From: Carcharhinus longimanus
Taxonomy: Eukaryota
Reading direction: 5' to 3'
NCBI GenBank assembly: GCA_030264375.1
Contig: JASCQW010000119.1
Span: 10,945,896-11,009,895 of the forward strand
DNA length: 64,000 nt
Positions 50,850-63,400 of this stretch are shown piece by piece. The notes below the pieces were generated by a model. It worked only from the letters and a program-made list of their open reading frames with translations. It was not told where the DNA came from and did not search any database. The position numbers and the translations under genes were made by a program. How positions within the stretch are numbered: position 1 is the stretch's first letter; each line of letters starts with the position of its first letter.

Positions 50850-51265
50850 TCCTACCTCCGTATTCGACCGAGTTTGGCATTAAGGAAAAGTAACATAACT
50901 GGAGTCAATGAGAATCTGTGAAAATCCTACGCTGGTTGGAGTCATACCTGTCACAAAGGATGATGATTGTTTGTAACTGCATGTCAATCATCTCAGCTCC
51001 AGGGGTCACTGCAGAAGGTCCTCCGGGTAGCATTATAGACCCAACCATCTTGAACTGCTTCAAAAATGATCTTCCTTCAATCATATGGTTAGAAGTAGGG
51101 ATGTTTGCTGATGACTACATTATTTTCAGGATACTGAAAGTATCCTGATACTGATACTGAAGTAATCTGTGATCAAATGTGGCGAGAGCCGAACAAATCG
51201 AGGCTTGAACTGTGAAGCAGAACGTAACATTCGTGCCAGCTAAGTGCTAGACAGTGACCATAAAA
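50850..51265 (+). mobile_element. LINE RT fragment (CR1/L2 group)
   Basis: LRWLESYLSQR..PGSIIDP..NDLP..MFADD. Confidence 0.85.
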
Positions 51266-51649
51266 AAAATGTACACAACAACTTCCAAGCCTTCTGTCAG
51301 TCATAAATGTTTAAAACACCCTTTAACATTCAGATCACAGTATTGGTCACACTAAAACAACCTGGACAAATGGCTCCCATGCCATGCATATTCCTATTCT
51401 ATTCCATCAAACCACATAATTTGTGAGAAGAATTTCACAATTCAAGTAAAGAATGTTTAGTGCTCTTTCTTTTACTAATTTTCTTAGCGCTGTGATTAAA
51501 TGTTACTGCACTCTTAAACTTGAACAATGAAAACAAAGAAAAACAAAGAAACTTACGGCACAGTAATAGGCCACCAATTGTGCCGATCATAGTTCTCCAA
51601 CTAAACTAAAGAAAATAAACCCTCTGCTCTCATTTAGTCCGCATCCCTC

Positions 51650-53700
51650 TCATTGAGGTTTACAGCATGGAAACAGGTCCTTTGGCCCAACTTTCCCATT
51701 TTTAAAGACTGATTTTGAGCTAATCCCAATTTCCCGCCTTTGTTTCATATCCGTCTACACTCACTGTACCTATGTGACTATCTAAATGTTTTTTTAAAGA
51801 CAAAATTGTACCCGCCTTTCTTACTACATCTGGAAGCTTGTTCCAGACACTCACCACCCTCGCTGTGAAAAGATTGCCCCTCTGGACACGTTTGCCCCTC
51901 TCCCCTTTCTCCTTAAACCTATGCCCTCTCATTTTAGATTCCTCTACCTTTGGGAAAAGAAATTGACTATCTAGCTGACCTATGCTGCTTATTATTTTAT
52001 GGACCTCTGTAAGATCACCTCCTGCACTCCAGAGAAAAAAGTCACAGTCTATCCAGCTTCTGCTTGTAATTCAATCCATCAAGCCCCAGTAGCATCCGAG
52101 TATATCTTTTCTGCACTCTATCTAGTTTGATAATATCCTTTCTATACTAGGGTGACGGGAATTGCACACAGTATTCCAAGTGTGGCTTCACCAATATCTT
52201 GTACAACTTCAACAAGACATTCCAACTCCTGTATTTAATGTTCTGACTGATGAAACCAAGCATGCCAAGTGACTTCTTCATCATTCTGTCCACCTGTAAC
52301 TCCACTTTCAAGGAACTATGAACATGTAACACTAGATATTTTTGTTCTGTAACTCTCCGCAACGCCCTACCATTAATTGAGTCACTCCTGCCCTGGACTA
52401 CCAAATCTATTAATATGCATCACCTCACATTTGTGTAAATTGAACTCCATCTGCCATTTGTCAGCCCACTGGCCCAATTCATCAAGATCCAGTTGCAATT
52501 GAAGATAACTTTCTTCATGGTCCACAATGCCACCAATCATAGTGTCATCTGCAAACTTACTAAGTACTTTTCCTATATTCCCATCAAAATCATTGATTTA
52601 AATGACAAATAACAGTGGACGCAGCACTGATCCCTGAGGCACACCGCTAATAACAGACCTCCAGTTTGATAAAACAATTCTCAACAACCACACTCTGGCT
52701 TCTGTCAAGAAGCCAATTTTGTATCCGTTTAGATAACTCACCCTGGATCCCATGAGATTTAACTTTATGCAACANNNNNNNNNNNNNNNNNNNNNNNNNN
52801 NNNNNNNNNNNNNNNNNNNNNNNNNNNNNNNNNNNNNNNNNNNNNNNNNNNNNNNNNNNNNNNNNNNNNNNNNNTTAGGCTGATTGGTTTTACCAAATTG
52901 ACACTATTCTCCCCTGAATCTGGCTAAGTCAGGGGTCCTATTTGTAGATACACAGGGTAGAATAGGTGTAGGGTGATGCGGCGGCGCGGGCTTGTTGGGT
53001 CGAAGGGCCTGTTTCCTGTGCTGGGTTGTTCTTTGTTCTTTGTTCTCCATAGCTATCGTAAACCTAATAGAATAATGATCACTGGTCCCAAAATGATCCC
53101 TCAATAACACTTCTGTCACCTGTCCTTCCTTATTTCCCAAGAGGAGGTCAAGCTTTGCCCCCCTCTCTTATTGGGCCGTCCACATACTGAATGAGAAATT
53201 CCTCCTGAATACACTCAACAAATTTATCTCTATCCAACCCTCTAATATGGCTGTCCCAGTCAATGTTCGGAAAGTTAAAATCTCCGGCTATTACCACTCT
53301 ATTTTTCTTGGAGCTATCTGTAATCTCCTTACATATTTCCTCCTCAATTTCTCGCCGAATATTTGGGGGCTTACAATGCAACCCTATCAAAGTGATTTCC
53401 ACCTTCTTATTTCTCAGTTTTATCCATATAGACTCAATGGCCGAACCCTCGGATATACCCCCTCTCAGTACGGCCGTGATGCTTTCCCTAATCAAAAATG
53501 TAAGTCCCCCTCCTCTCTTACCTCCTTATCTATTTTTCCTATGGCATCTGTTCCCTGGAACATTGAGCTACCGGTCCTGTCCCTCCCTTTGCCATGTTTC
53601 AGTAATTCTATAATATACCTGTCCCAAGCACCCATCCATGCCCTGAGTTCATCGGACTTGCCCCTCAGGTCTCTTGCGTTGAAATAAATGCAGTCTAACA
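51650..53700 (-). mobile_element. CR1 LINE (RT + endonuclease) with gap and nested CR1 tail at 52890-53040
   Basis: ORFs 51720, 52147 and 53148 (GDFNFPNIDW) and 53492 (YFNARDL). Confidence 0.95.
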
Positions 53701-53779
53701 TGGACTTCCTTTGTTCTCTGTCTGGCTTTTGCCCGATCTGTCTGGTACTAGGATTACTGGCACTGCCTTTACTACTTAA

Positions 53780-55250
53780 TGTATGTCATGTTCTCTGTTC
53801 CATCCTTATTCATGTGCCCATCCAGATGCCTCTATACTTTGCCTGCTCCTAGCCTCCTCTTGAAGTGTGTTCCAGGCACTGCCACTCTGCATGATAAATT
53901 TCCCTCTCACATCTCCATAAGCTTCCCCCTCACCTTCAACGTGTGCCTGCTTGTAATTGACACTCCCGCCCTTGGAAAAAAAGAGCCTCAGCCTCTCCAA
54001 ACTGTCAATGTCTCTTATAATTTTGTAGACATCTATCAGATTTACCCTCAGTCTCCGTCCTCCCTGTGAAAACACTCTGATGTTTTCTTTCAAACTCTCC
54101 TCATAGCCAACACTCTCGAGACCAGGCAACATCTTGAACCTTCTTTTCAAACTCTGCAAAGCTTCCACATCCTTCGGGTAGTGTGGCGTCCCGAGCTGCA
54201 TGAAAAATTCCAATGCGGCCAAAGCGGGGTTTTATATAGCTGGAACATGATTTCCTGACTCCTCTACTCAATGCCCCGGTGTTAAATGCAAGTAAGGCAT
54301 ATGCTTTCTTACTCATCTTGGCCACATGTGTTGCTACTTTTAGAGAACTGTGGACCTGGACGCCCAGATCCCTCTTTATGTTAATGTGCCTAAGGGTTCC
54401 AAAGATTACAGTACATTCCACACGTAACTTTGATCCCAAAAAAAGTATCACCTTGCATCTGTCCATGTTAATATCCATCTGCAATTTCTGTGCCAACACC
54501 TCAAATCTATCTATACAGAGTTGCATCATGTGACAATCCCAAGGCACTATGAGAAACTTCGCCAATTCTGGCGCCATCCACTAACTTACAAATCAGACTA
54601 TCCAGCCCGCATATTCTACTCCAGATCATTTATGTGCACTGCAAACAAAAGATGTTGCAACACTGATCCCTGCACAAAACAGTAGCGGCAGATCTCCATT
54701 CTGAAAAGCACTCTTCCACCATTAACCTCTGTCCATATAACCAAGCCAGCTTTGTATCCAGCTCGCCATCCCACTATAATTCGCACGTGATGCAATGTTT
54801 TGTACCAGTCTGTCGTGCAGGATTGTGTCATACGTCTTACTAAAGTCTATATACACTAAATTCCCTCATCAATTATTCATCATACCTCTTAAAAATCTCA
54901 ATCAAATTGGTGAGACATGGCATTTTCCGATTAAAACGTGCTGTCTATCAGTAGCTACTTCGTTTGCTTCCAAATGTGCATATATAACGTCCTCAGTATC
55001 TACTCTAAAAGCTTTCTCAATACTGATGCGGGGCTCACCAGCCTAAAAAAAAATCCCGGATTATCTGTGCTTCCTTTCTTAAACAAGGGAACAATAGTGG
55101 CTATTCCCCAGTCCTCTGAAAACTCTCCTTTCCTTGGGGTCATAAATGATGGGAAGATATTTGTTAAGGCCCCAGATATTTTTTGCATTGCCTCCCGCAG
55201 TGACATGTGATAGATACGACCTTGCCTCCGGGATTGTATACCCTAATGCA
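53780..55250 (-). mobile_element. Older CR1 RT fragment
   Basis: DWGIATIVPLFKKG, QGSVL..INDL, RDLGVQVHSSLK. Confidence 0.9.
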
Positions 55251-55254
55251 GAAG

Positions 55255-56045
55255 GTATTTCCTCTACCCACACTATTGTCAAAGTGACTGAGTCGAATTC
55301 TTTCAAAGTCCTTCTCTGCTGCATGATAATCTTCCTGTTTTACATTGCAGCGGTTCTTTCTCACACTTCAGGCAACGTGATGGAGTCGACTTCTCTCCGA
55401 ATCATCCTCTGCCAGCTCGGCTGTTGATCGTCCTCCAGCTTTTCACTGAAGGTGTTGTTTGTTCCACCCACAGCACAGTCGAGGTAACAGAGTCGACGTC
55501 TCCCAGAATCCTACTCTGCTGCCTCATTTGGATAATCCTCCTTCTACCCGGAGTACAGTTGATGTGAATGAGACGACTTCTCCCAGAATCCTCTTCTGTC
55601 GCCTCTGCAGCATGTTCTTCCTCCTATTTTTTCACTGGAGCAGTTCTCCCTCGACCCACAGTACTGTCGAGGTAACAGAGTTATTATCTCCCAGAATCAT
55701 CCTCCGTCGCATCTGATAGATTATTGTTTCCCTGTCTGTCACTGGAAGGGTTCTTTCTCTACCTAGATTGCAGTCGAGGTGACTGAGTCGACTCCTCCAA
55801 GAATCCTCCTCTGCGATGTCTGCTGGATGACGTTCCGTCTGTTTGTCACTGGAGGGGTTGTCCCTCTACTCACAGTCCAAGCGAGGTGACTGAGTCGAAT
55901 TCAGTCGGAATCATCCTCTGCCGCCTCCACTCGATGATCTTCCAGTGTTTCTTTGGACTGGTTCTTTCTCTAGCCACAATACAGTCAAGGTCTCTGAGTT
56001 GACCATTCCCAGAATACTCCTCTGCGGCTTCTGCTGGATGATTTG
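55255..56045. repeat. Diverged tandem repeat, ~105-bp unit, ~8 copies
   Basis: Recurrent tctacccacag..gtcgaggtgactgagtcgac..cccagaatcctcctctg. Confidence 0.9.
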
Positions 56046-56379
56046 CTTTCTAATCAGCCCCTAGGTGTGAACTGAAATTCATTTTTATGTACACGAACGT
56101 GCTAATATCAAATCTCATCATTATCTTTTGTTGATCCTTCCGCTTCTTTACTTATCGATCTTTGATACCCAAAATGTAATCAGTTAATCTTTTTGCACTT
56201 GAATACACTCAAAAGTCCTGCAGCCACGTGATTGTCTAAATCATCGGTATAAAGATATTCAATTTCTCTCTTAGCCCTGTTGTCATTCCACGCAAATGCA
56301 ACTCCTTGGATGAGTTTGTGTGAAGAATGATGGGTGAATCCAGAGTTTGATTATTGCGCAAGAGCGATCTAAATTAACT

Positions 56380-56720
56380 GGAAATCTTTCAAAAGTGCTT
56401 AAGTCTAATTGCTGGTCAACATGTGGAAATGTATCCACTCTGGCAGATGATGTTTACTATACAGAACTGTATGTCAATTAGTCTCCATCTCCAGAAAGGC
56501 AAACCTGTGCAAGATGAAGTTGAACTGTATTTCTGACACAATTGGACATCAGTGAAGCGTATGGTTAAAAAAAAAAGTGACTGTTTAGAGTGAGTTATTA
56601 ACAGGCTTGCTATGATTTCCCTCGAAACATGAGTCACCCTATGTATGTCCCTAATTTTTTTAGATGCATTGAAAGATGAGATCTGAGGATTTACACCCAT
56701 TTCGGTGCTGTCCAAATCTC
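56380..56720 (+). pseudogene. Degenerate IgV-like exon
   Basis: IAGQHV, ELYVN*, SEAYG..LF.SELLTG, FRCIE. Confidence 0.4.
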
Positions 56721-56789
56721 ATGATCATACATATCCGACCGGCAACAAAAAAAGTGCAATGCAGATTGCTGATTCTTTTTTAACGCGAA

Positions 56790-56816
56790 AAAAAAATCTG
56801 TTCACATGCGGACTAG
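56790..56816 (+). pseudogene. Family A-like microexon with lost acceptor (KNLFTCGL)
   Basis: gtaagg donor; acceptor altered, A-run slipped. Confidence 0.35.
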
Positions 56817-58219
56817 GTAAGGAGATTGGCGTGGACTTCCGTAAGGGCTGCTTGGTGACGGTGAAAGTTGAATAAATACCATATTGTGTTAAAAATGACG
56901 TTTCTGCGTGTCGTCATCGTATGGTCCTAGTGGTCTGAGTGATATTCCGTCTTTGTATTCCTAGGCGCGTTGTTATTCATTAATGTCTTGACATTCATAT
57001 TAATTAAGAAATTTTAACAAAGGCCTTCTCGTCAGACTTACGTTATCCGCACAGGTTCACCATTCAAAATGATTGGTGATTGCTTATGCAATACACGAAG
57101 TTTAAAATTCATTTCCAATTGTCAGTAAATTTTAAAAACAAAATTCTTTCAATTCTGTCTGTGATAATGCAATTCGTTTCACTGTTCTTTCCGTTCGAGA
57201 TATACACATTATCACTATTTATTATATAAGGAAAAAATAAAATCTGAGAATCCCCATTGTACTTATCAGGGTAAATTTTACATGCGTGCTCCCAAAATGA
57301 TTCACCCCACGAGTGCACACACTGTTGTTCTGCTTCATAAATGGAACCATTTGTTAATCAAAAGCTTCAGCTGGAGTTTATTATTGAGGAAAGTGAGCTA
57401 TCGCATTTTGGCAGAAATGATAGCTCCACGCATGTGTAGACTGAAAGACATAGTTTTCAGATTTGTGCAGGACTGGAATAATAAGTGTTCAGGTGCATCG
57501 ATATTTTAAGGTCGCAGAAATATTGAGAGCTAGTTAGAAAAACATGTGAGGCTTTGTGATTCACAAATGGAGATGTGGATCAGAAATAGCGTGGGATTAA
57601 TGTTTAGCCCTTATGAAGCTTCCCTTCATCCAAAACTGGACACTAGCGTACAGTTCTGGCATCTGCACCTCAGGAAGCATGCAAATGTCCTCAAATAGCG
57701 CAGAACAAATGTACCTTCAGCATTCCCATGCTGCGGGATTTTAACTAAATTATTCCTTTTCGTCAAGCTGGAGATGTTATCCTTGTCGCAAAGGACAGTA
57801 TTATAAAATTTGGCAGAAGTGCACAAGGATCTTTTTTCGTAAGGTATTGAGATAAAAAAAATCAGCTAGCTGATAAGTCACAGACATAAACTCTTGGAGG
57901 AAAGTCGCGGGTGTATATAAAAAATAAAATATCCACATAAAACACGTTGTGGCAATTGAAACTCGTTGCTTAGCTGCATGATATATATAAATATATATAT
58001 ACGTATGTATGCATGTATTCACACATACATGAACAACATTTGCCATAATTACACGCTAATATCATGCTGGTTCTAAAATCAGCTGTTGCATTATTCCAGC
58101 GAATTTTGGTCTATCCATTGGCTGCAAGACGTTACCTATCAATTTTATGTACAACCGTACAATGCAGGGTTGTTGCATTCGAACTTGTTATTACTTGTCA
58201 ATTTTATTTGTCGCCACAG

Positions 58220-58246
58220 ATAAAATGCTAAACGACACAAAGGACG
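58220..58246 (+). CDS. 27-nt phase 1-1 microexon (D)KMLNDTKD, family A-like
   Basis: tcgccacag|...|gtaaga. Confidence 0.65.
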
Positions 58247-59544
58247 GTAAGATGATATTCATACAAACAGCCATTATTTAATTGCTTCTCAACATTTAAC
58301 CAAATAACAAATCGCCTGCCTACCTCAGGTGTTTCCCTGTTTAGGGGGCCAGTAAGTACCCGATGTTCTATTTTATCCATATGTCAAATATTTCCATTTT
58401 GTTAAAGACCAAAGTGGAACAAAGCAAACAAATATACTTGAATGAAAAGTCACAGGTTGAATGTTGAAGGCATTTATCACCCGACGAAAATTTAGTTAGA
58501 GGCCAAGAGTTTGGCATCTGGTTTAAAAAAAACAATCCCAATTTTGGGGAGATAAGTCAATTGTGCAAGAGATTCGATAACTGGAGGTGTGTTGTGATGA
58601 CTTCGCGATAAGGGATAGCAGACCCAGAAGACTTGACGGATTTTAATGATGTAGGAGATTTACAGGGGCTGGAGTTTTTAACAGAGGCAGGAGTGGCCAT
58701 GAACTGCACCAACATTGCTAGGAGGTGTATCAAGAGTGTTCTGGAAGCACACTTGTTAAAGGTTGAGTCCAACCAAATTTTACCAAAATTAGAGTTGTGG
58801 TCAATTGAGTGTTTTGTGAAGTGCCGTCAGATGTATCGACATCCAAATTTTCCTCCAAACAACTATCTCAACCCAACCTTTACAAGAATGTGCAGCGCAG
58901 GATGGGCAGATTCTGCTCAATGTGAAATTCTCAGCTACATGTCAGATTCAATCGATTAATTAAACACACCGAATATTTCAATTTTCCCTGTTTTTTAATA
59001 TTCGTTTTAAAATTTTATTTATTTTATCCTCATTTTAGAATGATTCTGGAGTTCAACGTGGTCGAGCGTCACTGCGTAAAAACACATCGAACTCGTTAAG
59101 GACTAGTTATTTATCTATTTTTGAGGGAGTAGCATTCAGGTTACGGACCCTTCTGTTGTTAATGGTAATTCCAGAGAAAGAGAACATGAGCACTGGAAGA
59201 CAATATACCACGGTTTTCACTCATATTGTTTTGAAACTCATTCAGTTAATTGCTGATCTGCTTGTTAAGTTGTCCTGGTACAGCAACAAAAACCTATTGG
59301 CATGGAAGAATAAATAACATATACAAATATCACATGCAAATATATTAGGAATTCATCTTTAATACCATGCAGGGAACGTAAACAGCTTTCAGAAGCAAAA
59401 GTTAATATCAAAGGTTTGATTCGAAATGGAAATTGTGCAATCGTTACTTAAAATCAGAATCATGAAAACATTTCAAAAACGCTTTGAATGATATATTGGA
59501 CTATGTTGTGGGCTGTGATGTCAGCTTTTTAATTCATCACATTT

Positions 59545-59860
59545 TTACCCTTCAAGTAATCGGACCAAGTCACGAAGTTCTCCAGAATAGCTGCTTTAAT
59601 CAAGATATAGCGTGGTCACTGGAAAATCACAGATTGTTGGTGGTAATTAGCTTGCACCGAGAACTGAGGAATGCACAAGCAGTTATACTTTCAAATTCGA
59701 TTACAAGTAATTAGAAGATGTCAATCACGGTTTATGAGTTATCTCTATCCACTTGGAGTTAGTTGTTAAGGTTACACTATTCAAATATTAAACCAATCAC
59801 AATGACATCACACTTGCTAAATTGTGATATCCAATGAATGCAAATAGTTAATCAAATACT
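59545..59860 (+). pseudogene. Degenerate BTN-type IgV exon
   Basis: TLQVIGPSHEV (compare FxVIGP), YSNIKP, LNC. Confidence 0.4.
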
Positions 59861-59867
59861 TAAACAG

Positions 59868-60230
59868 GATGGCACGGTGGCACAATGGTTAGTACAATAG
59901 TCTCATAGCGCCAGGGATTCAGATTCGATTCCAGCCTTAGGTTAGTGTCCGCGCAGAGGCTGCATGATCTCTCCATGTCTACGTGGTTTCATCTGAGTGT
60001 TCCGGTTTCCTTCCGCATTCCAAAGATGTACGGGTTAGATAGATTGGCCATACGAATTAGCCTCTTAGTGTCCAAAGACATGTTGGTTAGTGGACTAGCT
60101 GGATATGTATGCTTCACTAAAGGGCTACAGCAGGTGGAGGGCTTGGGCAAGACGCTCTGTTGAAGAGTTGGTGCAGAATCAATGGGTTGAATGGTTTCAT
60201 TCTGCACAGTAGGGATTTCGTGAGTCTATG
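59868..60230 (+). mobile_element. HE1 SINE
   Basis: ggcacggtggcacaatggttag head, core, tail. Confidence 0.9.
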
Positions 60231-60282
60231 CTTCTAAGTCAGTTGAGTTAAGAGTCATTATTGCATGTTATCATTTTCCCAG

Positions 60283-60500
60283 CTTGTGAATGTGTCTGTA
60301 GATATCACTCCCCTTTTCCAGTTCCGGATGTCTGATTTAATAAATTCTCTCAGACCCATCGCCTTGCTGCTTATCTGTGAAAATTTTAATCAGAAGAATT
60401 GATTTTTATCATAGCAGCTTTCTAAACTGATCTGATCATTAACCAGTTCAGGCTCCTTTATCACCAGCTAATCAAACAGATTGTATGTCCTCTCTTTAAC
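60283..60500 (+). pseudogene. Degenerate IgC-like exon
   Basis: ttcccag acceptor; CRYHSPFPVPDV*. Confidence 0.35.
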
Positions 60501-61951
60501 ATGCTCTGATGGCCCCGTGCATGTTGAGTGCTGCACGGCAGTGTCAGCCGAGATGTTGCGTCTCCTCCTTTGCTGGGAAAATTATATCACAAACTTTTGA
60601 TTTAGAATTCAGAAGTTGCACACTAAAAAACACCTGACGTGATAATTTTCTTGAATGATGCAGGCAAGCTGAAGTGCACTGTATGATTATGAAAACACAA
60701 TTTTTTCTAAGAAAAAATAGGCAATTTCTCCATTTGTTTTCTTTAAAATAGTAAATCGAGCCCAATTTCAGAAATTGTGCTATCAGTCTTTGCATACCTG
60801 TGTTGGATTTCTAAACAATTGTGTCAGAGAGTCGTAGAAAGGTAGAGCGCAATGAATTACTTTTCGGCCCAACATGGCTGTTCTATCAAGGGGAATTGAA
60901 GGCCCCCTTTTCATTCTACACATCTACAATGACCCATCCATCCATATGTCCACTCATTCATAGATTTCTGCAATCCATCATGCCATCTTTGTCAGTCCTA
61001 ACAATTAGTTTCAGTCTCCAGCAGACCATAGCTCTGGAGGTGGTAAAACAGACCATTTAGTTCATCGAGTCTGCTCTGCCTTTCAAAGAGATCACGACCG
61101 ACCCAATATAATAATCCTCAACTCCGCATTTTATCCATCTCTGCATAAGCCCTGAATGCACAACTCAATAAATGTCTGTCTGTCTCAGTCCTGTACACAC
61201 TTAACGACTAAACCTCCGCAATACCCTACTGTAAAAAAAATCCGAAGATGCATAACTCACTGAGACAAGAAATCTGTACTAAACTCTGTCTTTAATGAGT
61301 TAACCATTGCTCTGACATGATGAACCTGGTGCACAGAATTTGTTAAGTCTTTTGATTTGTCCCATCTCTTCATTGCGAAGTTCAACATTTAGGTCACTGG
61401 GAAAGTGTATATACATTCATAAACACAAATTATTCGAACAAAAATCGTGTCCTTCCCCAATTTGATGGAGAAGAAAGTACAACTCCAGTTTATTCAGGTA
61501 ATGGATCTCACTTTTCTTTGAAAGACGACCGCCCCATCACCAAAACCTTCACGTCCATCCTACATTGTGGTGCCAAAAATTCTATAGATGACCCCAATTG
61601 AGCGTTGATAATATTCCATGTGAAATTTATAGTCGATCCCACTCATGTTCGCAAGTTCATCCCACGCTATTCTACTGACTGTGTGCGCCACAATAACATT
61701 CTGTCAGTAGAGTGTAAAGTGATTTTAATTGTAGCATACAGCCCGTGACACAATGTTATTGTTTAAAAGTAATATTTACTGAGTTCAAATGACCACTAAT
61801 TAGCAGATGCACGTTTAACTCATGTCACCTTAGATATTATTCAATCTAATCATGTCCTTCACAGTAAAACTCCAGGGGAACAACTGATAAGAAATTAACA
61901 AGAAACTCCACTTTGTAAAAATATTAATCATAATATTACTTTGTCCAGCAG

Positions 61952-61978
61952 AATTGGAAAAACTGCGGAAAAAATGCA
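61952..61978 (+). CDS. 27-nt phase 1-1 microexon (E)LEKLRKKC, family B
   Basis: ccagcag|...|gtaagt (NAGNAG acceptor). Confidence 0.75.
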
Positions 61979-62686
61979 GTAAGTAATTGAGGGCATCATG
62001 ATGTATCAGCCGTTTCATTTCAGAAGGTTGTTTACATTGATTGCTCTTTGACTTGTGATATTTTACACAACACATTTTGGTTCGACGAGAAAACCACGAT
62101 TTCCAGTTTTAAGTAATACCATCGGATAGGGGAGATGAAAACGCTGCCTTGAAAAGTACAGTGCATAGAACCACGGACAATGTGCGGAATGAAAGACAAA
62201 TTATGATATACGGTTATTACATTATAGTTCGGTTTCTTAATAAGTGTTCACGTTTCAGTTTTAAAACGTTTTAAAAATAGTTCAGATGGTGTGAAAAGAC
62301 GACAACGTAACAAAACTATATATTACTGCATATCCAACGCCACCAGGTCATTCGCCCCCTATTCTGGCCCCACGTTGCAGAATTCTGGAACCGTTTTCAA
62401 TTCATCACAACAGGAAGCTCATCTCAGTTCATTCCCCCTCTAGTAGTTACGAAATAGACTTCAGGTTAAGTAATCATTGTCCTCGTGACTTTGTGACGAT
62501 ACTGTGCATTTGAGAAATATACTTTCTTTACGATTATTGTAGACGATCTGTTTTAGTCGTTTATATTTCGTCATAATCAGAATCATGCATTGTTAATGCA
62601 GCTGTATAATTGCATCTAATTGCTAGAGGGATTTTTTTTTAGATCTGGACCAACTTGTTACTTTCTTATTTCTTGTTCCCCTGGAG

Positions 62687-63024
62687 ATTTGCTGCAAAGG
62701 ACTTGATTAGATTGAATAATATCTAAGGTAACATGATCGGCTAGAGCGAGGCTTACGCAGAATCTTCGGGTCAATTGTTCATATAGTGGTTGATTTGCGT
62801 TGAGAGAGTACTGTGTTCTTTTCCCTTGTCTGATGTTGGGAACTGAAATCTGCCTGGAAGTATTTTTTTTCTCTGAAATTATGTTCAATGGAAGTGGATC
62901 TTTCTCTGAATGTTGCTGCTTGGAAGCAGCAGAAAGGCAGATATCCCTTTCTGTATCTGAAGGCTGGACTGGACGTTGTCAGAAATTAGGCTTCAACTCT
63001 GATGTTCTACTGATTGCCACACAG
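62687..63024 (+). pseudogene. Degenerate B7-type IgV exon
   Basis: QLFI*WL..RVLCSF, FSEIMFNGSGS, KGRYPF (Cys to Phe); gtaccc donor. Confidence 0.45.
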
Positions 63025-63096
63025 GTACCCTTTATTTAGAGTTAGTACGCCGCTTCTGACAAGAATACTGAAATATGTCTTCTCATTCCCTTTCAG

Positions 63097-63400
63097 CACA
63101 ATTACGCTCCATTCTTCTGCGTATTCCATGACGTCACCCACCTGGTTCAGGCTAAACTAACCTTTGAGATTTCGAGGTTCAGGTATCCACTCAGCTGGCA
63201 AACTGGAACGCCAGTTGACCGGTGGGATGCAGGGGATGCATTTTAAGTATTTCTTTGCGCGGACAGCTCGGTCAGCTAAAACGTTATTTCAAAAATTGAA
63301 CATTCAGCGTTTCGACTCTGTTATGACTCTGTTACAGCTGATCTGCTATGGCCAAAACTCCACATTCACGATTACCCTGGAAATCATGGAACTTTTTCTG
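63097..63400 (+). pseudogene. Degenerate IgC (C1-like) exon
   Basis: Strong acceptor; AKLTFEISRFRYP, ADSSVS*NVISK, QLICY. Confidence 0.4.

Noticed and set aside
55255-56045. CRISPR-like array
   Set aside because: The whole unit is homologous, with no unique spacers, and the context is vertebrate.
7928-63024. Death-fold (CARD/DD/PYD) or RGS-like readings of exons at 7928, 10292, 30890 and 62870
   Set aside because: The same intervals fit B7/BTN Ig motifs at several ordered positions, and the Ig reading agrees with neighbouring modules.
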